Source: Gemmatimonadota bacterium (GTDB lineage Bacteria > Gemmatimonadota > Gemmatimonadetes > Gemmatimonadales > GWC2-71-9). Taken from it: a DNA stretch of 61,919 nt. Shown piece by piece: positions 38,855 to 48,576 of the stretch (the first letter of the stretch is position 1; every line of letters starts with the position of its first letter). Where the stretch lies: positions 1-61,919 of the forward strand of contig QHTZ01000070.1 in the NCBI GenBank assembly GCA_003221005.1, in the 5' to 3' direction. The notes under the pieces were generated by a model. That model saw only the letters and a list, made by a program, of their open reading frames with translations. It was not told where the DNA came from and did not search any database. Both the position numbers and the translations under genes were made by a program.

Positions 38855-39076
38855 ATGTCCACAGCATCCGACCGCCGCCGCCCCAGCGAGCGCCGCCGCC
38901 AGTCCAAGCGGCGCAGTGGGCTCGACCGCCGGCGCCGTCAGCGGCGCCAGGAATTTATCCCCGTCGTCACCGAGCGACGGGTCGTGGCCGAGCGCCGGCT
39001 GGGCGAGGAGCGGCGCCGGCGGCCGGAGCGGCGTGGCTGGGGTGAGCGGCGGGTGATCGAAGACTGGATCGGCTGA
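38855..39076 (+). CDS. 73-aa arginine-rich protein made of (D/E)RR-xxx repeats
   Basis: Six-residue periodicity (DRR RPS ERR RQS KRR SGL DRR ... ERR VVA ERR LGE ERR RRP ERR GWG ERR); TGATG overlap with the proC start. Confidence 0.65.
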   Translation: MSTASDRRRPSERRRQSKRRSGLDRRRRQRRQEFIPVVTERRVVAERRLGEERRRRPERRGWGERRVIEDWIG

Positions 39077-39885
39077 TGGACCGGCGCGTCGCCGTCCTCG
39101 GCACTGGCAAGATCGGCGGGATCCTGCTGCAAGGGTTGCTCAAGGCCGGCCTATCTCCCCAGCACGTTTTTCCCACGGTCCGTCGCGCCGAGCGCGCGAC
39201 GGCGCTCGCAAAACAGCTCTCCATCCCGGTCGGCACCGATAACCGCGCCGCCGCGCGCCAGGCGGAGATCATTCTCCTGTGCGTGAAGCCGCAGACCGTG
39301 CGGGAAGTGCTGGAGGAGATCCGGCCGGAGGTGACTCCCGACAAGCTGCTCGTCTCGGTGGCCGCGTCGGTCTCCACCGCCTACATGGAGGACGTCCTCC
39401 AGGGCCCGATCCCCGTGGTGCGCGCGATGCCCAACACGCCGTGCGTCGTGGGCGCCGGGATGACGGGCCTCTGCAAGGGGAAGCACGCGACGCAGACGCA
39501 GCTCGAGACCGCGCGGCAGTTCTTCGATACCGTGGGCCGGACAGTCCTGGTGGAGGAGAAGCACATGGACGCGGTGACGGGACTGTCGGCGAGCGGTCCG
39601 GCGTTCGTCTATATCATCCTCGAGTCGCTGGCGGAGGCGGGCGTCAAGGTCGGGCTCCCGCGCGACGCGGCGACGTTGCTCTCGGCGCAGACGCTCCACG
39701 GCGCCGCCCGGGTCGCGCTCGAGACGGGAGATCACCCCGCGCAGCTGAAGGATGCCGTCACGACTCCCGCCGGCTGTACCATCGACGGCATCATGGAGCT
39801 CGAGGACGGGAAGCTGCGGGTGACCTTGATCAAAGCCGTGGTGAAGGCCACCGAGCGGGCGAAGGAGCTCATCCTCGAGCGCTGA
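39076..39885 (+). CDS. proC: Pyrroline-5-carboxylate reductase
   Basis: GTGKIG, CVKPQ, RAMPNTP, SASGPAF, VTTPAGCT. Confidence 0.95.
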   Translation: MDRRVAVLGTGKIGGILLQGLLKAGLSPQHVFPTVRRAERATALAKQLSIPVGTDNRAAARQAEIILLCVKPQTVREVLEEIRPEVTPDKLLVSVAASVSTAYMEDVLQGPIPVVRAMPNTPCVVGAGMTGLCKGKHATQTQLETARQFFDTVGRTVLVEEKHMDAVTGLSASGPAFVYIILESLAEAGVKVGLPRDAATLLSAQTLHGAARVALETGDHPAQLKDAVTTPAGCTIDGIMELEDGKLRVTLIKAVVKATERAKELILER

Positions 39886-41188
39886 GGACGCGCGCGATCT
39901 CGGCCACGCGCGCCTCGATCTCGATCGGCGGGTTGGCGTGTGGCGGCGGGGGAGGCGTGCCCGAGTGGTACCGCGTGATCGCGTCGGGGTCCTTGAGGAT
40001 GTGACCCGTCAGGACCGCCACGAGGCGGTCGCCGCGCCGGATCACTCCCTTGTTGATCAGCTGCCGGGCGCCGGCCACGCTCGCGGCACTCGCCGGCTCG
40101 CACCCGACGCCTGAGGCGTCCACCACCGCCTTCGCCTCGAGGATCTCCGCGTCGCTCACCGCGGTGACCACGCCGTCCGTCTCGCGGATCGCCGTCACCG
40201 CCCGGTCGTAGGACGCCGGGTTGCCGATGCTGATCGCGGTGGCGACGGTGTGCGCCTCGACGCGGTGCCGGCGCGCGAACCCTTCGGCGAAGCTCAGCGC
40301 GAACGGCGCCGCGCCTTCCGCCTGCACCGCAGCGAGCCGCGGCACCCGCCGGATGAGTCCCCACTCGCGCGCTTCGCGTAGCGCCTTCCCGAACGCGGCC
40401 GTGTTCCCGAGGTTGCCGGCCGGCACGAGAATCCAGTCGGGGGGCTCCCAGCCGAGCTGCTGGAGCAGCTCGAGCACGATCGTCTTCTGGCCCTCCACCC
40501 GGAAGGGATTGATAGAGTTGAGCAGGTAGACGCCCAGCTGCTCGCTCGCCTTGAGCGCTAGGTCGAGGCAGGTGTCGAAGTCGCCCGGAACGACGAGCGT
40601 GCGGGCGCCGTAGGCGAGGAGCTGGGTGAGCTTGCCCAGGGCGACCCGCCCCTTCGGCACCAACACCAGCGCGGGGAGTCCCGCCAGGGCGGCGTACGCG
40701 GCGAGTGAGGCCCCGGTGTTCCCCGTCGATGCGCAGGCCACGGCCGTGGCGCGGACGCGCCGCGCGTGCGTCACGCCAACCGTCATCCCGCGATCCTTGA
40801 ACGAGCCGGTGGGATTGTGCCCTTCGTGTTTGAGGAGCAGCGTCGTCGCCCCCGCCCATTGCGCGACCGACGGGCGCGCGAGCAGCGGGGTGTTGCCCTC
40901 CGGATAGCTCAGGACGTCGTCGCCCGCGCTCGGCAGCACGAGCTCGCGGAACCGCCACACTCCCGAGTAGAACGGGCCGGCCCGGGTACCGCAGCGCGCG
41001 TCGAGGAGGGCGCGCAGCGCCATGCCCGTCGCCGCGGGCGGCGGATGCCGGATCTCGAGGAGGCCCGTGCAGTTCGGGCAGCGCTGCCGCGGATCGGTCT
41101 CGGCGAGCTCGTGGCCGCACGCGGCGCAGCGCTGCCGGCTCGCCGCCGGTGGGGAGGGAGAGGGGGGGGCCCGGTCGGCGACGGTCAT
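39869..41188 (-). CDS. thrC: Threonine synthase
   Basis: N-terminal CxxC..CxxC, EGNTP, NPTGSFKDRG, ASTGNT, PAGNLGN, EPASA, LTGH. Confidence 0.95.
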   Translation of the reverse strand: MTVADRAPPSPSPPAASRQRCAACGHELAETDPRQRCPNCTGLLEIRHPPPAATGMALRALLDARCGTRAGPFYSGVWRFRELVLPSAGDDVLSYPEGNTPLLARPSVAQWAGATTLLLKHEGHNPTGSFKDRGMTVGVTHARRVRATAVACASTGNTGASLAAYAALAGLPALVLVPKGRVALGKLTQLLAYGARTLVVPGDFDTCLDLALKASEQLGVYLLNSINPFRVEGQKTIVLELLQQLGWEPPDWILVPAGNLGNTAAFGKALREAREWGLIRRVPRLAAVQAEGAAPFALSFAEGFARRHRVEAHTVATAISIGNPASYDRAVTAIRETDGVVTAVSDAEILEAKAVVDASGVGCEPASAASVAGARQLINKGVIRRGDRLVAVLTGHILKDPDAITRYHSGTPPPPPHANPPIEIEARVAEIARVLSARG

Positions 41189-43698
41189 GTGGCCGCGAGC
41201 TTGAGGACGTCGTTGAGAATGCCGCCGGCCGTGACCGCGGGCCCCGCGCCCGGTCCCGTGATCACCAGCGGATTCGTCTTGTAGCGCCGCGTCGTGAAGA
41301 TGAACTGGTTGTCGGTCCCGTTGAGCGACGCGAGCGGGCTCGACGTGTCCACCACCACGAGCCCCACGCGGATGCGCCGCGGGGTCACGGTGCAGCGGTA
41401 GCGAAGCACCCCGCCGCTCTCGCGCGCCTCGAGCACGCGCCGCTGCCACGGCTCGTCGTACTCTTCGAGACGCCGCAGGAACTCCTCAAGTGGCAGCCGC
41501 TTCGCGGGCGCGGGGACGAGGGACTCGATTTCGATATCAGCGAGCTCGCCCGGGAAGCCGAGCAGCCGGCCCAGGATTAGCGCCTTGCGGGCGACGTCCG
41601 TTCCCGACAGATCGTCGCGCGGATCGGGCTCGGGGTATCCCTTCGCGATGGCGCCGCGCAGCGCCTCGGAGAAGCGGCGCCCGCGCCCCATCTCGCCGAA
41701 CAGGTAGCCGAGCGTGCCGGAGGGACACCCCTCGATCTTGGACACCCGGTCCCCGGACTCCGCCAGCTTGTAGTACGTGTCGATGATCGGGAGGCCGGCG
41801 CCCACGGTGGTTTCGTGCAGCAGGCGGCGGCCGCGCTCCGCGGCGAGCGCGGTGAGCTCGTCGTACAGCTTGCGGTGCGCGGTGAGCGGGCGCTTGTTCG
41901 CAAGCACGAGGTGCATCCCCGCCGCGAGCGCGCGCTTGAGGGTGGCGCTCGTGTCGTCGGCCGTCACATCGACGAGCACCGGGTTCGCCAGGGCGTGTCG
42001 CGCCGCGAAGTCCACGGCCTCATCGGCGGTGCCGCGGCGCCCCCCCCCGGCCGCCGCCTTGGCGAGCGAAACCCCCTTTCCCTTGCCGGCGGCGAGCGCC
42101 GCGAGCCGGCGCGGCGAAAGGCCGCGCGCGTCGAACACGAAGCCCGAGCGGTCCACCACGCCGACCACCTTGAGCTCGACTGGCTTCCGGCGGAGCTTCG
42201 CGATCATCGCGGCGAGCACGCGCCCGATCTGGCCAAAGCCGAGCAGCACCACGTCGGTGCGCTCGGAGTGGGTCACGGCCCCGCCGCCCAGCTTGTCGAG
42301 CTGGAACGCCGCGTGCACCAGGCGCTGCGCGCGCACTACTTCCTTCGCCGCCACCACGACCGACAGGTTCAGCTCCGAGGAGCCCTGTGCGATCGCGATG
42401 ACATTGATCCCGCCAGAAGCCAGCGCCGTGAAGGTCTTCGCGGCGATGCCCGGTGTACCCGCCATCCCGAGCCCGACCACCGCGAAGGTGGCGACGCCCC
42501 CCTGGATCTCCACGCCGTCGATCTCGCGGCGCGCGATCTCGTCGCGAAACACTTCCAACAGGCCGGCACGCGCGCGCTGCGCGCTCGCCTCCGGCACGCT
42601 GAAGCAGATCGAGTGCTCGGACGATGCCTGGCTGATCAGAGAGACCGACACGCCCTGCTGGTGCACCGCCGCGAAGGTGCGCGCCGCGATGCCGGGGATG
42701 CCGAGCATGCCGTTGCCGGTGACGGTGACGAGCGCCTGTCCGCTGACGGCAGACAGGGCCTTCACCGGATGGGCGCGCAGCGTGCGGCGCCGCGAGATCT
42801 CGGTGCCGCGGGCACCGGGATCGGCGAACGGCCGGATGCGGATGGCGAGGCTCCGTCCCCCGACCGGAATGAGGGCGCGGGGGTGGAGCACCTTCGCGCC
42901 GTAATAGGCGAGCTCGGCCGCCTCGCGCTGGTGCAGCTGCGGGATGACGCGGGCATCCGGCACCACGCGGGGGTCCGCGGTGAGGATCCCCGGGACGTCC
43001 TTCCAGAGCGAGACCTCACGCGCGCCGAGCGCCCGTCCCAACACCGTGGCCGTGAGGTCCGATCCGCCGCGGCCGAGCGTGGCGAGCTCGCCGTCGGGCG
43101 TCGCCGCCAGGAAGCCCGCCACGACCGGCACGACGCCTTTCGCCAGGAGCGGGGCAAGCAGCTTCTTGGCGCTGCGATCCGTGAGCGCGAGGTTGGGCGA
43201 GGCGTGGCCGAAGGTCGCGTCCGACTTGATCACTTCGAGGGCCTCCACCAGGGCGACTGGGCAGCCGGCCTCGTCGAGGCCGGCGGAGATGAGGTGCGCG
43301 CTCAGGCGCTCCCCCCGCGACACAAGGTAGTCGCTGGTCCGCGGCGTGAGCTCCCGGACGAGACCCAAGCCCGTCGCGACCTTTTCGAGCTCGGCGAACG
43401 CTTCTTCGATCAGGCGGAGCGCCTCCTTGCGCCGGTGCGCGCCCGAGAGCAGCGCTTGCGCGGCCGCGGCATGACGCTCGCGCAGCGCCGCGGTCGCCGC
43501 GCGTACCGCCGCGTTCTCGCCGCGCACCCCGCGCGCCGCGATGTCGAGCAGCGCGTCGGTGACGCCGGCGAGGGCCGACACGACCACCACTACCGGCGCG
43601 GGCCGCTGCGCCTGGATGATGGCGACGGCGCGCGCGATGGCGGGCCCATCGGCGAGGGAGGCGCCGCCGAACTTGTGGATCTGCGGGACGCGACGCAT
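41185..43698 (-). CDS. thrA: Bifunctional aspartate kinase / homoserine dehydrogenase
   Basis: KFGGAS, VVSALAGVTD, LGRGGSD, two ACT domains, GFGQIG, ANK, ETTVGAGLP, EPDPRDDLSG, GPGAG. Confidence 0.95.
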   Translation of the reverse strand: MRRVPQIHKFGGASLADGPAIARAVAIIQAQRPAPVVVVVSALAGVTDALLDIAARGVRGENAAVRAATAALRERHAAAAQALLSGAHRRKEALRLIEEAFAELEKVATGLGLVRELTPRTSDYLVSRGERLSAHLISAGLDEAGCPVALVEALEVIKSDATFGHASPNLALTDRSAKKLLAPLLAKGVVPVVAGFLAATPDGELATLGRGGSDLTATVLGRALGAREVSLWKDVPGILTADPRVVPDARVIPQLHQREAAELAYYGAKVLHPRALIPVGGRSLAIRIRPFADPGARGTEISRRRTLRAHPVKALSAVSGQALVTVTGNGMLGIPGIAARTFAAVHQQGVSVSLISQASSEHSICFSVPEASAQRARAGLLEVFRDEIARREIDGVEIQGGVATFAVVGLGMAGTPGIAAKTFTALASGGINVIAIAQGSSELNLSVVVAAKEVVRAQRLVHAAFQLDKLGGGAVTHSERTDVVLLGFGQIGRVLAAMIAKLRRKPVELKVVGVVDRSGFVFDARGLSPRRLAALAAGKGKGVSLAKAAAGGGRRGTADEAVDFAARHALANPVLVDVTADDTSATLKRALAAGMHLVLANKRPLTAHRKLYDELTALAAERGRRLLHETTVGAGLPIIDTYYKLAESGDRVSKIEGCPSGTLGYLFGEMGRGRRFSEALRGAIAKGYPEPDPRDDLSGTDVARKALILGRLLGFPGELADIEIESLVPAPAKRLPLEEFLRRLEEYDEPWQRRVLEARESGGVLRYRCTVTPRRIRVGLVVVDTSSPLASLNGTDNQFIFTTRRYKTNPLVITGPGAGPAVTAGGILNDVLKLAAT

Positions 43699-44633
43699 CA
43701 CGCGACCTCGTACCCGCTGACGGGCCGCGTCACGCGGAATGTCTCGACGGTCACGCCTATGCCACGCCACGCCTGCGCCATGGCGGCTTCCACCGCGGGA
43801 GCGCGCTCGGCGGAGGCCACGGCCACGAGCGTGGAGCCTGAGCCGGAGAGCGTCGCGCCGAACGCGCCCGCCGCCCGGGCCGCGGCTGTCACTTCGTCGT
43901 ATCCGCGGACCAGCGCCCGCCGATGCGGTACGTGCAGCACGTCGTCCAGGCCTGCGGCGAGCAGCGCGGCGTCGCCCCGTGCGAGCCCCTGCACGAGCGC
44001 TGCGCTGCGAGCGGCGGCTACTACCGCAGTGCGGTGCGGCACGGTCGCGGGGAGCACCGCGCGCGCGCGCTCGGTCGCGAGCGTGAAGTCGGGTACGGCG
44101 AACACCAGCACCAGTGACCGATGCAGCTCGAGCGGTGTGAAGAGCAGCCCACCCGCGGCTCCCGCGCCGGGTCCCCCTCCTTGCAGCACGAGCATGACCC
44201 CGCCCCATACCGATGGGGCGACGTTGTCCGCGTGGCCCTCGATCGCAGCGCAGAGCGTGGCGAGCGCCGTATCGTCCAAGTCCAACTGGCACAGGGCGCG
44301 GGCGGTTACGGCGCCCGCGACCACGGCGGCCGCCGAGGAGCCGAGCCCTCGGCCGATCGGGATGTCGGAGCTCGCCTCCAGCACGACGCCCGACGGGGGC
44401 TCGCGACCCGCCGCGCGGCACGCGCGCTCGAAGCCGCGGTACAGCAGGTCATCCTCCGGGGGGCCGGTGAGTGACGCAAGCGCGCCGCTCCGCTCGAGAC
44501 GGAGCCGGCCCTGGGGCGCGTCGCGCCGCGCCGCGACCCGGATCCAGCGGTCCACCGCGATGCCGACGCAGTCGAACCCCGACCCGAGGTTGGCTGTGGA
44601 CCCCGGGACCCGTACGGTTGCGCTGGCGCTCAT
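43698..44633 (-). CDS. thrB: Homoserine kinase
   Basis: STANLGSGFD, PIGRGLGSSAA (GHMP), EGHADN, SGSGST. Confidence 0.95.
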   Translation of the reverse strand: MSASATVRVPGSTANLGSGFDCVGIAVDRWIRVAARRDAPQGRLRLERSGALASLTGPPEDDLLYRGFERACRAAGREPPSGVVLEASSDIPIGRGLGSSAAAVVAGAVTARALCQLDLDDTALATLCAAIEGHADNVAPSVWGGVMLVLQGGGPGAGAAGGLLFTPLELHRSLVLVFAVPDFTLATERARAVLPATVPHRTAVVAAARSAALVQGLARGDAALLAAGLDDVLHVPHRRALVRGYDEVTAAARAAGAFGATLSGSGSTLVAVASAERAPAVEAAMAQAWRGIGVTVETFRVTRPVSGYEVA

Positions 44634-44679
44634 GAGGGGGCGACGCTGCCCAGAAAAGAGGAAGCTCGATTGGCGGCGT

Positions 44680-44709
44680 AAGTTACCGGGGCTGGGAATC
44701 GAGCGTCAA
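44680..44709 (-). promoter_or_regulatory. Promoter of thrB-thrA-thrC
   Basis: TTGACG-18bp-TAACTT. Confidence 0.55.
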
Positions 44710-44770
44710 GCAGTCGCGCCAGCCTCGAAACCACCCGGTCAGGCGGGCTGGTCCCACCAGGATGGGTTGG

Positions 44771-44799
44771 TTGACACTGGGGGCGCCCCGCCGTAACCT
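44771..44799 (+). promoter_or_regulatory. Promoter of the leu/ilv operon
   Basis: TTGACA-17bp-TAACCT. Confidence 0.7.
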
Positions 44800-44864
44800 C
44801 GTGTGCGTAGGTTGTAGCGAGATTTGAGGTTGCCACATCCTGACATGGGACTCGCGAACCGGGT

Positions 44865-44957
44865 ATGAGCGTGCTCGTCGTCCTCAGCCTCCTGCTGGTG
44901 CTCCTGCTGCTGGGAACCATTTCCCAGGAGGAGTCTGCGGCGCGCGCGACGGGGTAG
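44865..44957 (+). CDS. Leu/Val-rich attenuator leader peptide (MSVLVVLSLLLVLLLLGTISQEESAARATG)
   Basis: 9 Leu and 4 Val in codons 3-16; upstream of a terminator and leuA. Confidence 0.85.
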   Translation: MSVLVVLSLLLVLLLLGTISQEESAARATG

Positions 44958-44993
44958 CATGAGTCGCTGAAGTCAGGAAAACAGCACAGTCCC

Positions 44994-45027
44994 AACGCCG
45001 CGGACCCCGATAGGCCGCGGCGTTTTT
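44994..45027 (+). terminator. Attenuator terminator before leuA
   Basis: AACGCCGCGG-loop-CCGCGGCGTT-TTT. Confidence 0.85.
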
Positions 45028-45047
45028 CGTCCGAGGAGAAACCAGGA

Positions 45048-46601
45048 ATGGAACGAGACGTCGTCATTTTCGACACGACTCTGCGGGACGGCGAGCAGGC
45101 GCCGGGCAACTCCATGACGCCCGAAGAGAAGCTGCGGCTGGCCCGCCAGCTGGATGTGCTCGGTGTCGACGTCATCGAGACCGGGTTTCCGGCCGCCTCG
45201 GACGGTGACTTCCGGGGGGTGCGGGGGGTGGCGCAGGAGGTGCGGCGGCCGGTCATCGCGGCGCTCGCCCGCTGCCACGAGCGCGACATCGACCTCGCCG
45301 GCGAGGCGCTGCGCCCGGCCGAGCGGTCCCGCGTCCACGTGTTCATCGCGACCTCCGACATCCACCTGCAGCACAAGCTGCGGATCGATAAAGACGAGTG
45401 TCTCGAGCGGGCGCGCGCTTCGGTGCGGCGGGCGCGGCAGTTCACGAACGACGTGGAGTTCTCCGCCGAGGACGCGAGCCGCAGCGACCTCGACTTCCTG
45501 TGCCGCATCGTCGAGGCGGCGATCCAGGAGGGAGCGACCACGATCAATCTCCCGGACACCGTGGGCTATGCGATGCCCTCCGAGTATGGCGCCATGTTCC
45601 GGAGGGTGCGGGAGCGGGTGCCGAACAGCGACAAGGTGGTGTTCAGCGCGCACTGCCACGACGACCTGGGGCTCGCCGTGGCGAACTCGCTCGCGGCGAT
45701 CGACGCGGGCGCGGGGCAGGTCGAGTGCACGGTCAACGGCATCGGCGAGCGGGCCGGGAACGCCGCCCTCGAGGAGATCGTGATGGCGGGGCACGTGCGC
45801 CCGCAGGCCGTCGCGTTCCGCTGCCGCATCAACACCCGCGAGATCTTCCGCACGAGCCAGCTCCTCTCCCACGTCACCGGCGCGTTCCCCCAGCCGAACA
45901 AGGCGGTCGTCGGGCGCAATGCATTCGCGCACGAGGCGGGGATTCACCAGCACGGCGTGATGCAGAACGGCCTCACCTACGAGATCATCCGGCCCGAGAC
46001 GGTGGGCGTCCCGCGCTCTACCCTCGTGCTCGGCAAACACTCCGGGCGGCACGCGCTGGAGCGCCGGTACCGCGAGCTGGGCTATGAGCTCGACGAGCCG
46101 ACGCTCGAGTGGCTGTATCGCGAGTTCACGTCACTCGCCGACCGCAAGCAGGAGATCCTGGACGAAGACCTGCTTGCGCTGCTGCACGAGAGCTTCCACG
46201 ACGCGCCCGAATCGTATCAGCTCACGTACCTTAAGGTGCTGTGCGGGACGGTGTCCGCCACCGCGGACGTCACGCTGACGGGCCCCTGGATGCGGGAGCG
46301 GAGCCTGAGCGGCACCGGCAACGGCCCGATTGCGGCCGCGTTCGCCGCGATCAGCTCGATCGTCGAGCGGCAGATCGAAGTGCTGAACCTGTCGCTCCAG
46401 TCGGTCACGCCGGGGCGTGACAGCGTGGGGCACGTTTTCCTCCAGGTGAGAATCGACGGCAAGACCCTCACCGGACACGGAGCGTCGACCGACGTCGTCG
46501 AGGCGAGCGCGCGCGCCATGGTGCACGCGCTCAACAAGGCGAACTTCGCCGACCGGCTCGAGGATAAGTCTCTCAACAACGTGTACCTGTGGGGGGTGTG
46601 A
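45048..46601 (+). CDS. leuA: 2-isopropylmalate synthase
   Basis: FDTTLRDGEQ, HCHDD, GERAGN, HEAGIHQ, GKHSG, regulatory domain GNGPI. Confidence 0.96.
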   Translation: MERDVVIFDTTLRDGEQAPGNSMTPEEKLRLARQLDVLGVDVIETGFPAASDGDFRGVRGVAQEVRRPVIAALARCHERDIDLAGEALRPAERSRVHVFIATSDIHLQHKLRIDKDECLERARASVRRARQFTNDVEFSAEDASRSDLDFLCRIVEAAIQEGATTINLPDTVGYAMPSEYGAMFRRVRERVPNSDKVVFSAHCHDDLGLAVANSLAAIDAGAGQVECTVNGIGERAGNAALEEIVMAGHVRPQAVAFRCRINTREIFRTSQLLSHVTGAFPQPNKAVVGRNAFAHEAGIHQHGVMQNGLTYEIIRPETVGVPRSTLVLGKHSGRHALERRYRELGYELDEPTLEWLYREFTSLADRKQEILDEDLLALLHESFHDAPESYQLTYLKVLCGTVSATADVTLTGPWMRERSLSGTGNGPIAAAFAAISSIVERQIEVLNLSLQSVTPGRDSVGHVFLQVRIDGKTLTGHGASTDVVEASARAMVHALNKANFADRLEDKSLNNVYLWGV

Positions 46602-46605
46602 CGCC

Positions 46606-48288
46606 ATGAGCGAAGTCCTCACGGGCGCGCAGATCCTGTGTCGCGAGCTGGTCGCGGCCGGGGTGGACGTCATCTTCGGCTACCCGGGCGGTGCGATCAT
46701 GCCGTTCTACCATGCGCTCCCCGAATACCCCGGCCTGCGCCACGTCCTCGTGCGGCACGAGCAGGCGGCGGCGCACGCGGCGGACGGCTACGCGCGGGCG
46801 AGCGGCCGGGTGGGCGTGTGCGTCGCGACGTCGGGCCCCGGGGCGACCAACCTCGTCACCGGACTCGCGACGGCGCACATGGACTCCTCGCCCGTGCTCG
46901 CCATCACGGGCCAGGTGGGGCGTCCCATGATCGGGCGCGACGCCTTCCAGGAGACCGACGTCATCGGGCTCACGCTCCCGATCACCAAGTACAACCACCT
47001 GGTGCAGGACATCTCCGAGCTGGCCGCCATCGTTCGTGAAGCCGTGGCGATCGCGCGGGACGGCCGGCCCGGTCCGGTGCTAATAGACGTCCCGAAGGAC
47101 GTGCAGAACCAAAAGGCCGCGTACACGCCGCCCGAGGGCAAGGCCGCCGCGCCCGCGCCGGTCCCGCCCCTCGCACAGGGCGTGGACGAGGCAGCGCGGC
47201 TGATCGCGGAGGCCGAGCGCCCGCTCCTCATGATCGGACACGGCGTCATCCTGAGTGGCGCCTACGCTGAGGTGCGGGCGCTCGCCGAGAAGACGGGGAT
47301 TCCCGTGATCACCACGCTGCTCGGCATCAGCGCGTTCCCCGAGTCGCACCCGTTGCACCTCGGCATGCCGGGGATGCACGGCGAAGTGCACGTCAACCGC
47401 GCGATCCAGCACGCCGACCTTATCGTGGGAATTGGGCTGCGGTTCGACGACCGCGTCACCGGCAACCTCGCCGCGTTCGCGCCGCGCGCCAAGATCGTCC
47501 ACGTCGAGCTCGACCGCGCCGAGGTCGGTAAGAACGTCCCGGTGGCAGTGGGCATTGTCGGAGACGCGCGCCAGATCACGCAGCGCCTGGTCGAGGCCGT
47601 CCGCCCCCGGACCTGCGAGGCATGGGTGGCCGAGATCCGCGGCTTCGTGCGCCCGCGGGCCGAAGCCTTCAGCGGCGACCTCTCCCCCGAGGCGATCCTC
47701 GCCTCCATCTACGAGGCCACGGGTGGAAGTTGCACGATCGTGACCGACGTGGGCCAGCACCAGATGTGGGTCGCCAAGCACTACCCCTACCAGCGGCCGA
47801 ACACGCACATCACGTCGGGAGGTCTGGGCACGATGGGCTTCGCCGTGCCGGCAGCGATGGGCGTGCATCTCGCGCGTCCCGGGGAGCTGGTCTGGGCGAT
47901 CTCGGGCGACGGCGGGTTCCAGATGAACATGGCCGAAATCGCGACCATGGTGCAGGAGGGGCTGTCGGTGAAGATGGCAATCTTCAACAACGGCTACCTC
48001 GGCATGGTGCGCCAGTGGCAGCAGTTCTTTCATGAGAAGCGCTACTCGTGCACCCCGATCTGGAGCCCCGACTACGTGAAGCTGGCCGAGGCGTACGGCA
48101 TCGCCGGCTGGCGGGTGGAGAACCGTGGGCAGCTCGACGACGTGGTGCGACGCGCGAACGCGACGCCCGGTCCGGCGCTGGTCGAGTTCGTGATCGCGCA
48201 GGAGGCGAACGTGTACCCGATGATCCCGCCCGGCGGCTCCCTCTCCGAGCCGATCGAAGCGCAGCCCGCCGCCACGCCCGCGCGCTAA
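46606..48288 (+). CDS. ilvB: Acetolactate synthase large subunit
   Basis: FGYPGG, RHEQ, TSGPGATN, GMHG, RFDDR, GQHQMW, GDG..N TPP motif, GMVRQWQ. Confidence 0.96.
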   Translation: MSEVLTGAQILCRELVAAGVDVIFGYPGGAIMPFYHALPEYPGLRHVLVRHEQAAAHAADGYARASGRVGVCVATSGPGATNLVTGLATAHMDSSPVLAITGQVGRPMIGRDAFQETDVIGLTLPITKYNHLVQDISELAAIVREAVAIARDGRPGPVLIDVPKDVQNQKAAYTPPEGKAAAPAPVPPLAQGVDEAARLIAEAERPLLMIGHGVILSGAYAEVRALAEKTGIPVITTLLGISAFPESHPLHLGMPGMHGEVHVNRAIQHADLIVGIGLRFDDRVTGNLAAFAPRAKIVHVELDRAEVGKNVPVAVGIVGDARQITQRLVEAVRPRTCEAWVAEIRGFVRPRAEAFSGDLSPEAILASIYEATGGSCTIVTDVGQHQMWVAKHYPYQRPNTHITSGGLGTMGFAVPAAMGVHLARPGELVWAISGDGGFQMNMAEIATMVQEGLSVKMAIFNNGYLGMVRQWQQFFHEKRYSCTPIWSPDYVKLAEAYGIAGWRVENRGQLDDVVRRANATPGPALVEFVIAQEANVYPMIPPGGSLSEPIEAQPAATPAR

Positions 48289-48294
48289 GCCGCG

Positions 48295-48576
48295 ATGCAG
48301 GCGTCCCACGCGGTGTCGGTGCTGCTCGACGACGATCTGCTCGCGTTCAACCGGGCCATCGGGGTGGTGCGCCGCCGCAACCTGCCGGTGCAGGGTATCA
48401 CAGTCGGCCCCAGCGGGCAGGCCGGCGTGCTGCGGCTGGCCTTTTTCATGCAGGCGGACGACGCGAACGCGATGCGGCTGTTGCGCCAGCTCGAGAAGGC
48501 GCACGGCGTCCATAGCGTCACGGTGACCCCTGTATCGTCCCCATCCCTCACCCACCCATCGGAGGCCGTGCTATGA
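48295..48576 (+). CDS. ilvN: Acetolactate synthase small subunit (single ACT domain)
   Basis: NR..G..RRRN....I..G, QLEK..GV..V pattern; between ilvB and ilvC. Confidence 0.75.
   Translation: MQASHAVSVLLDDDLLAFNRAIGVVRRRNLPVQGITVGPSGQAGVLRLAFFMQADDANAMRLLRQLEKAHGVHSVTVTPVSSPSLTHPSEAVL

Noticed and set aside
41185-44421. 1078-aa ThrA with a long N-terminal extension (and similar extensions on cysG, thrC, dapB, queF and the TonB receptor)
   Set aside because: Extensions overlap upstream genes or leaders in another frame; homology and stop/start overlaps support the shorter starts used
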